From contig OZ320321.1 in assembly GCA_976226885.1 (NCBI GenBank), positions 43,648,001-43,712,000 on the forward strand: a stretch of DNA of 64,000 nt, given 5' to 3'. Of the stretch, positions 38,033-51,334 are shown one piece after another (the first letter of the stretch is position 1; the number at the start of each line of letters is the position of its first letter). The position numbers and the translations under genes were made by a program. The DNA comes from Iphione sp. A-MEVVRFRX5. Taxonomy: Eukaryota. The notes below the pieces were generated by a model. It searched no databases. It had not been told where the DNA came from and saw only the letters and a list, made by a program, of their open reading frames with translations.

Positions 38033-41000
38033 TTACATTAAATATAATGAATGAGTTGCATTGTATAGCTATCGGCTATTCATCAGCACTAGTATAAATG
38101 CATGCACGTTTTCCTTTACCAAACGTGTGTGAATCATTATGAGGAAGTAGAGAGTCGAAGATTACGAGCGTGCCATGAATTTTTTGCCCTCTTGCAGGAC
38201 TATTTCATAGTATTGAATAGACGCTACATTCGACTGGGGAAAGGTAATTCCCAAAGTACGCCGGCAGTTTCCCTCATGGCCGAGCCTAAACGTCCTGAGG
38301 CAAACTAAGACCGACCGAGCCCTTACGCTTTGACCGACATGGCGCGTAATGCCACGCAGGGCGCAAGATTGAACCGTCAACGTCGATGAACGATAATTAG
38401 CCACTTCCGGCGCCATACGTCGGATATAATACAGACGCTTCGGCGTCGGTCCGCGCGCGGTGCGAGTAAAGCCGGAAGCCAGTGCTGTCAGCCTCCATCT
38501 CGCCGACCTTCGTGCTGCACCGACCGAAGAGTCCCGCCCCCCCCCCCATATCGCCCTCTTCTTGCGGACAACCGGCGGCGACGCAGCGCCTGCAGACCCG
38601 ACAAGCACTGCACAATTTCATTTCTTGTCTCATTGACCTCTATCTGCAGAGGTCGCCATCAGAGGGCGGCAAAGCAATGCCCTCCTTCGCGTCTTCTCGC
38701 CAACGTGGGTCACTAGAGTAGGACCCCGAGAAAGGTTTAGTCACAGACTTACTCGGTAGCGAATATTTTATATGTAGAAAACACATGAAGCATGCATCTG
38801 TTATAACAAGAGATTACTTTTACAGAAAAGTCCATGACTGTATATTGGAGTGGCACGTTACAGCGAATGAATGTCACCACAGACGAGAGAGACACTTGCA
38901 TGAATAAGTACATCTATATATATATGGCATATATAGAATACAAATACATGTACATGTAAACCGAAAATGAACCAGGCCCGATATGTGTACCTTTAGTCCG
39001 TCGGCATTTTGTTAAAATGCACGCACATGGAAATGTACTTTTCTGTGTATTCCTGTGCACTGTTGTATTTTGGATATTTGAGACTGGATTTTTCATATGA
39101 AAATCATCCACCAGGAGTATGAAGTCCAACAGTAAAGCGATCCTTATAGATAAATGTATACGCCACCTGGAATGAAAATTGATCTAACAAAAAATCCTCT
39201 ATCCAACTTTCAGTGCCTTAACAGCTTCGATGTCAGATTGAAGGAATGTCCTCATAGTGTTCATTCAGAGTGCAAATGTTTTATGTCTATATTCGAATGA
39301 AAATAACTCGCACTAATGGGAAAACATGGACCGATGAGCGTTCACATTGCATATACGTGATGTGATAAGTGTGGAGGCACGTGATGAACAGTTGAAGAAA
39401 GCCTTGGCAATTTGCACCTAATTACAGCATCATAGTCTCTCGTTGAGCGCTATATTCACCTTAAAAATACAGGTAATATATACATATACAGTAAAATTGC
39501 CTGTAATTGACTACAGGAACGGCTTAATTCATGGTGATCCTCCCGCAATAAGGTGATTGAATCGGATAAATTAATTTCCAGTCTTGCTCGACTTATCGGC
39601 TCGCTGCTAATTGAGGCAAATGGGAGAAGGTTGGTTTTATTAGATTCGAATACTTCCAGGCTATGGCTAATTCTATTACCGCCTAACAACTTGCGGGCAA
39701 AAAGAGATACATTAATGTAGAAATTAATATGCACGGCCCCCGCGCACTAACCCGCATGATAGTAGAATCTGGTGGCAGTTTTGCTGCCGTCTGCGAGAGA
39801 TGAAGGGGCTGGCTGTGTTATCGTGAATACTCCTGTAATTCGACTTCAGCGCGCCCAGTAGTGGTGTTTTGTTTCCCCGCATCCTGCCAATGAATATGAA
39901 TAGCGCTAGGGCCTTTCAAGGCGCGCGAGTTTTGGATGGAAGTTGACGAGCGAAAAAAAAACCCCAACGACCAACAACCAACAACAACCCGCACCTTCAT
40001 CGCGTTTGGTTAAAGGGGAGAGGGAGAGAGAGAGGTTGGTGAGGACAGCCACATGCGCACTGTGTAACAAGTGTATTCACTTGGGAGGCGACGAAACGTA
40101 TCCGTAGTCTCAAGTTTGTGTTATTATATTACTATTGGTAAATCAATTAAGCACTCCTAACACATCCTAGCGCACGCTGTCCCCCGCATCCTGCGCTGTA
40201 TCGCCTGCGGGGAGAGGGCGTAAATAACCAGAAGATGGAAATCTGTGTGGCGCATAAAAAGTAATTAGACGGCCTAATGATTTTTCGTAAATGAGAGGAC
40301 TCGCCTGAAGCTGGCCGCCGTCGACGGCAACGAATTGCGGCTAATCTAATCGTGCGCTAACAGCTGTGGAACATCACATCATATGCGCGGGACCTGGATC
40401 ATGCGTGACGGCCCTATGCACAGCGATGGGCGATAGAGTGGTACTACTAGGCGGGGTAGGCTGCCTGACCGCGGTTTAAAATGCACACACAAACCGATAT
40501 GAATCGCCGCTGTCTGATGCTTACTGCTCAGTGCTAGAATAGTCATATAACCTCGTCTGTCGTCACTGTAGCCCGCCCGACATACTTGCATGGATGAATG
40601 GCCATTTTGATGGATCGCTCTTTTGTGGGTATAGAGCGCCATCTCTGGCGTAGAAATAGATGGCGTAGGCTCTCTCCACAGTAGCTACATATATGTATAA
40701 TTATAGAGAGGGAAGGAAAACTGGGTTTATATTGCACTGAAAATATTACCTATAGTACTACGAGATTTTATGCAGAGGTATAGAGGGATATAATCATCTC
40801 TACGTACAGAATTTCCCATTCATGCACGTTCAGTGTGCGTTGATATCTGTGGGAACAACCAGGGATAAGGTGTATTGGTAACAGCGGTGTAAGGGGCTGC
40901 GAATTCGATATGTCTTTCAACAGATAGTCTTTCCAAAGATGATTGACCATCTGCACTGTCTCAACTCATGGAAAAAGGACATGGGTGTACGGATTTGTTT

Positions 41001-44000
41001 GTACCAGCGGAGGTCAACGTTGTCAGCATGTACTCAGCATGAATGATCGCCAGTACTAAGTTCAGGCCAGGGTCATAACATTGCAGATGGCAGAGCGGGT
41101 CGCACATTCAGATGATTCACCCTTTGTTAGTCCAACGTCAAAGTCCATGGATTCCTTTTGCCTGCAAATACGGAAAGACCTTAACCTTGTGGAAATTTGA
41201 TTCCGCGGTTTGTTAATAGGGTGGCTTCAAATTTCTTGCTTACATTTTTTGTCCATCAACAATAGCCGTCTTATATTGAATGAGGGACATTCGGGTGTAA
41301 ATGCACGTGGCCTGTAATAAGATGAACAATACTACTGAGTCCGTTCATGCACTGTCTACAAACAACTAGAGTAAGTGGTCTCGGACTATACTAAAGCGAT
41401 CGTTGGTGCTCGGTGCGCTGTTATTTTCTACGCTGCGCCATTATTTGGTGATCGCGTGCCTGCGTTAATAGAGGAGTATAGAAGGGTCGGTGCTAAGGGT
41501 GACAGAGTGGGCGGGGGGTAAAGGGTTGATGGGGACGTGGGATGAGGTTGGGGTGAGCGAGGACCAAAGTTTGCACTAGAGGTCGCTCTGATACAGAGCA
41601 GGCTGGGATTAGCGCCCCTGTCGGCCGGGCATAAGATAGAACACATGCCCGCTGTCACTACCCCCGGGGCATAGGAGCCAGGCCGACCCTTCACCCCACC
41701 CTGGAGGAGACTCGGGGCCGCAGGAGGAGGGGTGGCCGACCGCGCCTATCGGCCCTCGCCATCTGGGACGCCGCAAGCTGACCCCTTGCTCGGTGGTTAA
41801 TACGGGCCAAGGATACAACTCACAATTAAGTCGTGATGTATGGATGGGAACACAAGGCCAGGCAAGCAGAGTGGGGCAAGGGGACCGCAGGGGAGGAGGT
41901 GACCATCCATAGGCGCACCATTAGCACACTAGAGGCTGGCGCCGATCACGGTGAACTGACACGGCAGGAGATACAAACGGTGGCCGCTTCGCCAACCTGC
42001 TTCAAAGTGCACTTTAGCCATACTACTACGGTCTTAAATACTATGCCCCAAACCACTCCAGAGCAGAAAGTATGGTGTATTAGGTGTGAAGTTTTACTGT
42101 GGTCTTTCATCAGTACTTCCCTTTATTAACCCGAAAATATATCTATACAGTGTAAAATAAACCGTTTTTACTTCATTAGGAAAATGGGAGACATTCAAAA
42201 GGAAAATCATATGCACTTTTTTCAATTCCATGATCTTTTGGTGCACGTCGAGGCTTGCTCCCCAGGCGCAATCTTCTTATGAGCCACCGTCATTGTAATG
42301 AAGCCAACCTTCAGGTCTGCATCAGAGAACAGACAGGATCGTGATGTCATCAAAACAAAAGAACAACGCAAACGCTGTAATCTCCCTAGGTCGCCCCAGG
42401 GGACACTTTTCCTACTAGGTCCCACCGGTTAACCAATTCCCCATGCCAAGCCCCCCCCCCCACCTCCATCCTTAAATCCACTCATTCGCCCCTTTTCCCC
42501 TCAACTTGAATTGTTAAGTTCGTCAGAGCACAGACGTTGTATGGCTTACCACTATTCCCCCGGCGCACCCAACTGCAATAAACCGCATACGCCACCCCAC
42601 GGCCCCCACCTTCCCTTATTCCTTCGGCCTTATTCTAGTACCCCCAAGCCCCCCCCTCACCCCATCACCCTCCAGTTCCTCCCCTTTTGCCTAAGGTCTG
42701 GATTCGGATCGGCCAGATGTTGGTCTGTGTTCAAGTCAACAGAGCACGAGTAGGCATTATGAATAAATCAAATTAAGATAGCTCACAAAATGTTGGCAGG
42801 GCCGCACTTGCCAATCTGGCCGGCATCTGGGGAGGGGTGAAAATCCGTTCTGAGCATCAGTGATTACGTCGAAAAGTTTAACACCGCCTGGGGAGATTAT
42901 TTCCAATGAAATCTCGAAGACCTATTTCATCCATTTCTTAGAAATGCACCTTCTCGTTAAAAGGCAACGCCGAAATAATAAAACTGTTTGCTTTGTAAAT
43001 CGGCCACGAGACGTATGTCCTTTATTATTAGAAAAACTCTAATAAAGTGAAAATCAGTAGTTATACAAATAAACACCAAGCTGTAATTTAGGTTACAACC
43101 GCTCAACCCCGAAAGGGCGAGCAGTTGGCCTGGGCTGTCCCTGCCTAAATGACCGTACAATGGAGCGCCTTCGAGGGGGGTCATTACAGTACCTCCCACC
43201 AGATCTTGACTCCTTTGATCCCATGGGGGGGGGAGTGGTGGGGCTAGAGGGGACCTCGGGGTGGACAATGGTAAAAGGTGACAATGACCAGTCCAACCAG
43301 ACAGACCTGGTTAGAGACCACACACGGCCAAGGCCGCCCTCTGACCTCTGACCTTCCAGGACTGCCCGCTGAAAATTAAAAATCGTTTCCCTGTTGATGA
43401 TTGCCTTGTCACAAGTTGACGCTTCCGAGTTCACATAACAGTATCATATCGCCGATAACACCGCTGACATTTCGATGCTGTTTTTTTAAACCTCGTATAG
43501 AGGTTTATTAGAAAAGTTTGGAGACTCTCCAAATAACAGACTAAGATGTATTACTGCCGTGCGGTGGTAAAATGGCTAACAAGCGTAAGAGGCGAAAAAA
43601 TGGAGAAACAGCAAGCATAATAAAACTTGTACCTTCTTCATCTATCTGGAGGATTGTATTTGGTCCCGCCGCAGTCAGTTCGACGGCTGGCAAGACAATT
43701 TATCACCCAAAAACAAGCTTGCCAGGACCATCTTTCTTTTCCGTGTACCCGAATTGATTGACACAGTGTTTTTAGTGCCCCTGGCGAGGGGGGGGGCAGT
43801 AATCGGTGAGAGCTTGTCGTCCTCGGTTCCCGCCATGATTAAATCAAACTCAGTCAAAAAGACAAAAATTAATTTCTACTGCATTGGCGATGTGATGCAT
43901 GCCGCGAGATCTCTGGTCAGACCAAATATCTATTTCACATGTGAGTCGCGCCTAATTTGATTACACGGACCAGGAAATATGGAGCTGACAATGCCCATAA

Positions 44001-45611
44001 CAATTTGCGGACTTGGACGCGCGTGCACGGATGGGCACCAATCAACGTGCGGCATCAGAGATGGTGCGGGACTACTCCGCGTACGCACCGCGCGCCAAAT
44101 CAGAAAACCAAATATACAGATGGTCCGATTGCCGCGCAATAATTTTTCAAATTAATCAGAGCTGACGAGGCAAATATTTTAGCTGCGCTATGCACGGGCC
44201 ATTGAGCATGAGTGGGGTATTGGTGTGGAGTGGAGAGGGTTCAGGGGAGGTTGTCTGAAAGCGAGCATCGTGCACTGTAAGGGAAAAATCCCATCATATA
44301 CAACGCCTGCTCCACCCTCCCCCCCCCCAACTGCGGCCCCCTCCACCTCCCCCCACATTTTTTTCTTCTTTTCGTTAAGACATTCAGAACGAACAAAGCC
44401 GGTGCGTTAATAAAAGAGGGGACATCCGGCCAGCCGAGGCCGCTGGCCTCAAGATATTATTTACAATACAGATCACCATCATATTCCATGAGTCGCTCAT
44501 CGTTCATGGTTGTCGGTGAGCAGAGAGGTGGTGGTGCTACACGGCTCCCCTGCCAGCTCCTCCTTTTCTACCATCCGCGCGCTACGCTGAGGCCCCCTCT
44601 GATTGCATTACCGGAGCCCGTTCGGTCGCTAACGTCTCTGTTTACAATCACTACCAAAGGTAGGAGTTGGGTGTGGGGGGTGGAAGGCGATTTTGATGTA
44701 TTACTACCACAATATCATCAGATAGACAGCCAAACAGATTGGCGATTGTATTAGTGAGGACCGAGCACAGAGGCTTGAAGAGGAGGAAGGAGTTTCACTG
44801 CACCGGCGCAACACCGGGGGAATGAAAGCGGACGGAAGGAGGTGAAGTGAATTGGAATGGAGGCCGCTGAGAACTGGACAGAGAATGATGTATTGGATCT
44901 GTAACACTTTTAGAGATTGGGAACGTGGCACCGATTGTGGCGCCAATTCACCTTCATGTTAACTACCCCTGATCGTTCCGACCGAACAGTTTCCACAATA
45001 CGGAGCGACAATGAACAAAGCGCACGCCAATCGTTTTGACGAATTGCTGTAGAAATGTTCACCGATTGGTCCCCGAGTTTTGCAGCCTACAACAAAAGAA
45101 GCCGTCTCTCCGCCTTCCCGTGATGAATTACGTATTCCTTAGCCAGTCAATTGATTAAATAATCAGACATAAGGTGATCGTTATAGAGAATCTGTCTTGT
45201 CTACTTACGTAATCACGACTCCAACTGGAACTTGGAGTTTCTGCTTCAGATATAGACGGCAGTAAACCATTGAGAGAAATAGGTTTAGTGAATAGAGAAA
45301 CTCTTTCAAGAACAGTGCTAATTTGAGAAGAAAGAGTATAATGACCTGGGAGAACTGCCGTAAAGAATGTCTCAAGGAAGATTACACACCGGAGACTGGG
45401 CTTCTTGACCCTGGATGCTTCATCGCACTTTTGATGCTCCTTGAATCTTTCTGGTTCGTTGTACCGTGATACCGTTCACCATACAAACACACATACATGC
45501 ATATATGTCTATTCTGTTTAATTGTTGCCTGCCCCAGGGTAACTAGGTGACGAGGTAATCGCACCTATTTAATTCTCTTACAATGCCAATAACAAATTAC
45601 AGACCATTAGA

Positions 45612-45624
45612 TCACGTGACGTCA
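45612..45624. promoter_or_regulatory. Overlapping TCACGTGAC E-box (USF/MiT-TFE class) and full CRE palindrome TGACGTCA
   Basis: TCACGTGACGTCA read directly; flanked by a CCAAT about 25 bp upstream and ATTGG about 15 bp downstream. Confidence 0.5.
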
Positions 45625-47728
45625 CGGGCAGACGACAATTGGTTAGAATAGCGGGAACAATACCCTCGACAGGCCATCTGTCGGGTGAGAAGTGAAGCTT
45701 GCTCTCTCCACGACGCCTTTCAATAGGGGGACACGGTTGGCTAGGGACGAACCGGGTATTATGAAATAAGAGAAGAATAGGTTGCGGTCACAGAAGAGCG
45801 CTGCTCCGACAGAATAAAGAAGACTGGCGGTAGTGATTAACTAACTTTGTGTAAATCCTGACACTATGACGTGAAGAGTGAACTGACTCTATATACATGT
45901 CATTAGCTAAGTGAGTGACTTGGCTTTTGAGAAAAAGTGGAAAGGAAACTGGCAGGATACTTGAACCTATTATGGTTAGAAAGGTAATTGGCAAATGCCC
46001 ACAAGGCCCTGCTAACTAGGGTCATCAGCACATTCGGACTTCCCTAAATATAAATAGACGTGTAAAAATTCCACGCATGCCCTTGCGGTCGCAGCAGAAT
46101 GCACGGATTTTATACAATAGAGAAATGTCAAAAGAAACAAGCCGTGCTTTGTCTTCAGTGTAATGGTCGTGAATATACAAACTACATGTACGTGTATTAT
46201 GTACCGTAGCATATACATAACTATTAAGTGGCTAAGTGTAAAACGGAAAAAAGGAACCAATAAGTAATTGTCCACTATGTTCGCAACTTGAAGTACACAT
46301 GTACAATGTACATGTACATTATATAATGCCCCCAAAAGAATTTCTCTTAATGATCGACATCTAAATGAAATCAAATGACAAATACCCATCTGTTTATTAT
46401 ATGAATCCCGTGCATCCCATTTTTGAAAACAGAAAGTATGCCTTTCGTATCCCAACTCTAAAATAACCTTTCCTAATGACCGGTACAATGTGATTCTCGT
46501 CTGTATAGAATGGAATTTCTATGAGAAAATAAGGAGAGTCCCTCTTATCTGTCGATCGCTTACCCTTTGCTGTAAGTGGGTTAAAAGAGCGACACGGGCT
46601 TTCAGAAGAGGACAACTTAGACGAGTTCACAGAGAGATACTGTTTGTGACGCAGACCTGAGCTAGCGGCCTGGAAAACAGAAGCTAATGGCGATTCATCC
46701 TCGTCCCGTCCAATGCAAGTTGGCTTGAACAGAACATGATTGGGGAGGAGGGGGGAGACGGCGGATCGAAGGCGGCTTTCGGCAGGCGCCAGACAGTCTT
46801 GAGTCGGGCGGACATAATGGGACCTCATCCCGAAGCCCCGAAGCAGCCACCGTCTAAACCAAATGAAAAGCATATTCTAGAAATGACAGAGGCTGAGCTC
46901 CGGGGAGTAAGCAGATGACTGCCGCCGCAGCAGCCAGATGGAAAGGAAATTTATTTCGGAATTACTCATTGCCGGTCGGGATAGAGAAGCCATTATGATG
47001 CGGGTGACCCCACTGTGAATGGCGACCGTGATTGCGGGGTACGTAGGGCGGGGTGCGGGGCCACAGGTCCCCCGGAGGTCCTGGGCGGAGAGGCGGGGAC
47101 CGACAGCGGGGACCGCCACGGGTCGCTGCCCCGGTCGGCCCTTGACTTCCAGCTTAGGCAGAGGTTAATTACAACTCTTGTGTCAATCTGCGCTGTGGCC
47201 AGGATGTCGAAACAGTCAGCTCCGTCTTCTATCCCCTACGCCAAAATCTGCTCCGTAGTCTGTGAAGTATGAAGAATTGAGCTCAGTGGCGTGGAGAGAG
47301 CGGGCGACCTACTGGATTGCGTATTGCTGGGGCGGGCTTTGACTACAGTAGAAGGGGCACGGGAGACAGACCTAGCAGGGAAACACAAGACATCAGTGGT
47401 AGGGGCAACAATCGCAAAAAAACTGTACGTCTTCCCAAGTATAAACCAAAGGACCACAGAAAGGAGTTTACGGAATGAGTCTAAACCTTTCAAAACGTAC
47501 AAAATAAATGCGAAACATGGTAAAAAATGACCTACCCTTTACCTACATCGGCAATCCAGTCTGATTTATGTTTTTCTCCTAGCATATTATATGTATACAA
47601 ACATGTGGATTAAATTTCCCACTTTCCATGAGAGTTTTAAAATACATGTGATGGGGAAGACGGGCAAAAAGGGCCAATCTCAGAAATCAAACCCAACAGT
47701 TTCCCTCGGTATATTCAGTGGAGATGTG

Positions 47729-47743
47729 TACGCCACCTGGTGT
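47729..47743 (-). promoter_or_regulatory. CTCF-like motif (best of several)
   Basis: Reverse complement ACACCAGGTGGCGTA matches the CTCF core CCASYAGRKGGCRSY at 12/15. Confidence 0.35.
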
Positions 47744-47873
47744 AGCCCCGCTGAACTAATATTGCTCGGGGAGGTGAGAGTGATTGCGTGGCACCCCCGC
47801 TGTTAGCTAATGTGGCAATGTGTAACTTGCTCTGGCAAGGATAGAGGATGTTAAAGTCTAGCTCGGGAGCGTA

Positions 47874-48558
47874 CACTGATAACCTGAGCCCTGTGAAACT
47901 TAGTCACTAGTGACTATCTTGAGTTAGACTTCATGAAGATAGTCATGATGACTAGAGCTGTTAGTTGCTTATGACTAATCTGCTTATGGAACTCTCTAAT
48001 GAGGAGATAAATAAAACAGGTTCCTGCTCCACTATACCTGGAAGATGACAAATCATAATCAGGATATTTTGCTATATTTCTTCTAAATACCTCCATTGAA
48101 CTGGCAAGCAACTAGGGCAGTCTTATCAGGTAGGCTTTGAGCTTTCTCTAAAGGTTGATTGCATTCAAATCTGCCAATTACTTATGGTTGTGTGAGAAAT
48201 TCTATAAACTCTGCTGACATGATCTCAACTGTTTTTTCATCCAATGTGATTTTGAATTTAAGGCATTAGTCAGTATAGACTATGATAAGTTAGTCAAACT
48301 GACTAAGAGATTAGTCAAAAAATGGAAATTCTAACTAACATCAGTTAATTTGAATATGTAAGATTAGTCATTTTGACATATAAGCTTAGTCATTTTGACT
48401 AACACAAAGTATATATTCCTGGAAATTAAGTGACTAATACTCTTAGTCAGATATGACTAAGGTGACTAACTTGCCTTAGGTCACTTTTGGCACCGTCATT
48501 TTGACCTAAGAAAGTTAGTCACTGATGACTAAGAATTCAAGGCTTCAGATTATCAGTG
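47874..48558. mobile_element. Non-autonomous DNA transposon with CACTG termini, a TA 2-bp flank and subterminal repeat arrays (CMC/EnSpm-CACTA-like; Tc1/mariner MITE is the alternative)
   Basis: TA|CACTGATAACCTGAGCCCTGTGAAACTTAGTCACTAGTGACTATC at the left end matches the reverse complement of the right end (TA|CACTGATAATCTGAAGCCTTGAATTCTTAGTCATCAGTGACTAAC). Similarity stops outside the TA. About 15 exact TTAGTCA/TGACTAA copies inside; no ORF. Confidence 0.85.
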
Positions 48559-51334
48559 TAGCAACGACCGTGCCCTCGACATTTTACCTGCGCTCAATTC
48601 TAAACCAATTTGCCAGCCAGTAATGGGCGGACAATGCATTTTACCAAAGCAGCAGCGAGGCCGGGCAGAGTTAGGGACCTCCGAGTGGCTGCTACTGCCT
48701 TGGGCGTCACGCACTAGTCGCAGCTTACGTGTCAGCGTTAGAGGCAGGCGGGGCGTCGCACGACCTCGGCCTGCCCACCCTTCCTGTACGGCCCTGACCC
48801 GTCCTGCCACGGGTCGCGCCTTATAAGAGCACGGGCAGCCACCGTCCACGTAACGACAGCTAGCACGCGGCCTCCGGCGCTGCCTCCCTGCCACCTCGCG
48901 GACGACTTGAGAATCTCTTGCTGCCACGTGCGCCCGAGGGCGATATTAGAAAGACAGGCCAATGTCACGGGGTCAGGCGTGACAGATTTGGCCAGTTAAT
49001 AGAAAGGTAGAGCAAGGCGATGTAATGGCTGACCCGCATAAGACGGAGTAGGAAACGCCAAGTGGCCACAGCAGGTAATAACTCACCAAAACAAAGGCCA
49101 GTCCCGGTACAGGCGGTGCGCTGGCGTGGCCAACAGGTAACCATATGACCCACGGTAAATGGAGTCAGGTGCCTAAAGCAGCCCACGCTGGTCATGTCAA
49201 ATTCTATAACCGGCCCGAACCTGGTGTCTGCAAATCTTCCTCGCGGGCACCATCGGGACAGGTCTGACTCGCCGGCCAAACGGAGCACCCTGGCCGTCCG
49301 CTGTTCCGACCTCCCCTTAACCCCCCCCCCTCCCCCTCCAAACCCAAAGGACGAGGATAGAAGCTGAAATCTGGACGACCGGTACTGTCTTCTCCTATAG
49401 GGTGAGCCGCACATTTGAATGTCCGTATTCGGGGCGATTCAAAACGGCTTTAATTTACTCCCTACGATGAGGGTCTGGTTAGTATCTGGCCCCTGTGCAA
49501 TTACGGGGAGATATCCTCCCTGAGCATGGCCTTGGACGAGAACGTGGCTGAGGCACCGGGCGGGTTATATCTTGGCGGGGGGTGGGGAGGTCGTGGGCAG
49601 ATAGGAGAAGGGGTGGGAGGGCCATAAGCCACGACTCTCTGGCCAGCAGTGCTGCTACCCGCCTCCGAATGAGACGTCGTTTGGCAAGATTTAGCAAATC
49701 CCCGCTGCAGGGCCAAGATGCTCGTCCACTTTCTTATGCGGATTTATGACAGACTAAATGCTCGCCCTGAAATATACCGGGCACTAGCCAGGCGTCCAAT
49801 ATGCTGGTCTGGGTGACCGTACGATGGCCAACATTTGCCATAGGGATTTGCCTCAGTCTAACCCATAGACCAATAACCCAGGCGGCGGACAAGCATAACT
49901 CCTCTCATAAAAGTCTGAGCAGCCAAATAATCAGCAATACAAGGCATTGTATGCGTATAGCCAGATTAGGAAAGGTTCCAGAGCGATATCCGAATGTATT
50001 ATCGGTGGAGAACTGGACGAATCCGACTCATAAGCATACCCACTACGAGGCCAAGCATCATAAGGAGTAAATTATGGATTTCGGAAACCGAATGAGTTCC
50101 CTTCCATTTTGTTCTTTCCGTCATAATTCTATTTTCCCAGTAACAATGATTTTCTACCCGCTTTTAATCATCTTCGTAATGTTCCATATGACATGTTTGC
50201 ATGTTACCAAAGGTGTCCTGAGATAATTCCCCATTTGTAAATACTACTTGGTCAATCTATAGCCTGCGCCATGTTGATAGATCGGGCCACCGCGATGCAA
50301 CCGAAGGGGGCGGGGGTCGTTTCAAACATTAACGTCAATACTGAAGCCGATAAGAACATAGGTCCCATATTCATGCATGTAGTGTTGGCCTACGATATAG
50401 ACTAAAAAATAGTACGTAAAGTGAGTTACATAATGAATAAGGAAGGAGGAGGAGGGTCCTCGCTAGTTCAGGCAAGTGACGGTTCATTTATCTTCTAGCG
50501 ACATGATTAGGACTAACCTGAAGTGAAGCGAACAAGTCCCATCCCTAGTAGGCGTCCCTGACGTCTTCCCCACTAACACAATCAGCTTCAGATCGGGGCC
50601 TAAATGCCACTATAGGCAATATGGTAAGGCCGGCCCCGGGCCTCGGGTCCCCAAATTGCGGCGCCGCCACCAAGCAATTTATCTTCACTTAATTCCAATG
50701 AGGGCCAGCTAATTCAATAAGGCTCTTGTTAGGCTGCGAGTACTTATGTAGTCTGTGTCAGAGCAGCTGCGGTCTGAGAGCCGCACTAGTTGTTTGAACA
50801 TTGTTTACCTGCCTGGTATCGTGCGGTATGGGCTCGCGTCTCTCGACGTGACATTAACAGTTGCTCGGCGCACATGGGCCATCTCCGACCAGCCTTATTG
50901 ACAGGGAATCTATCACTACTGTCAGTGATCTAGCTTGAAAGATGTCTTCTCGGCGGCACTGCTTTGTGTCCCGTGACCGTACAGCACGCTTCCCACACTG
51001 ACGGAATATTTGTTTCAGCCATGCAGAGGAACAAAGGTGAAAAAACCTATACATGTACGAGGAGGAAAGATGTGGACTCGACATGCGCTGAACATCGTGC
51101 GTGGTCTTTAATTTGGATGTCCAAACTGGAGAGAAAACTTCTATCATAGCCCCGGTTTCATGTACCTGTATATCCCCCACAAAACAGTGTCTTTGAATAG
51201 ATCATATCGAATCTTAAAACACGGACTCAAAACGGGTATATGTAGTATGACTTCCTGTGTGTGGATAATCTTTGCTTGTACATATGTTTTTATTACATGA
51301 GTATATTAGAAACACATGCCCATGGAAACTGTGG

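Noticed and set aside
46012-46918. Long ORFs 46012-46488, 46397-46873 and exon-like 46736-46918 (GA|GTAAGC)
   Set aside because: No family motif, non-ATG starts or AT-rich low-complexity composition, and no partner exons.
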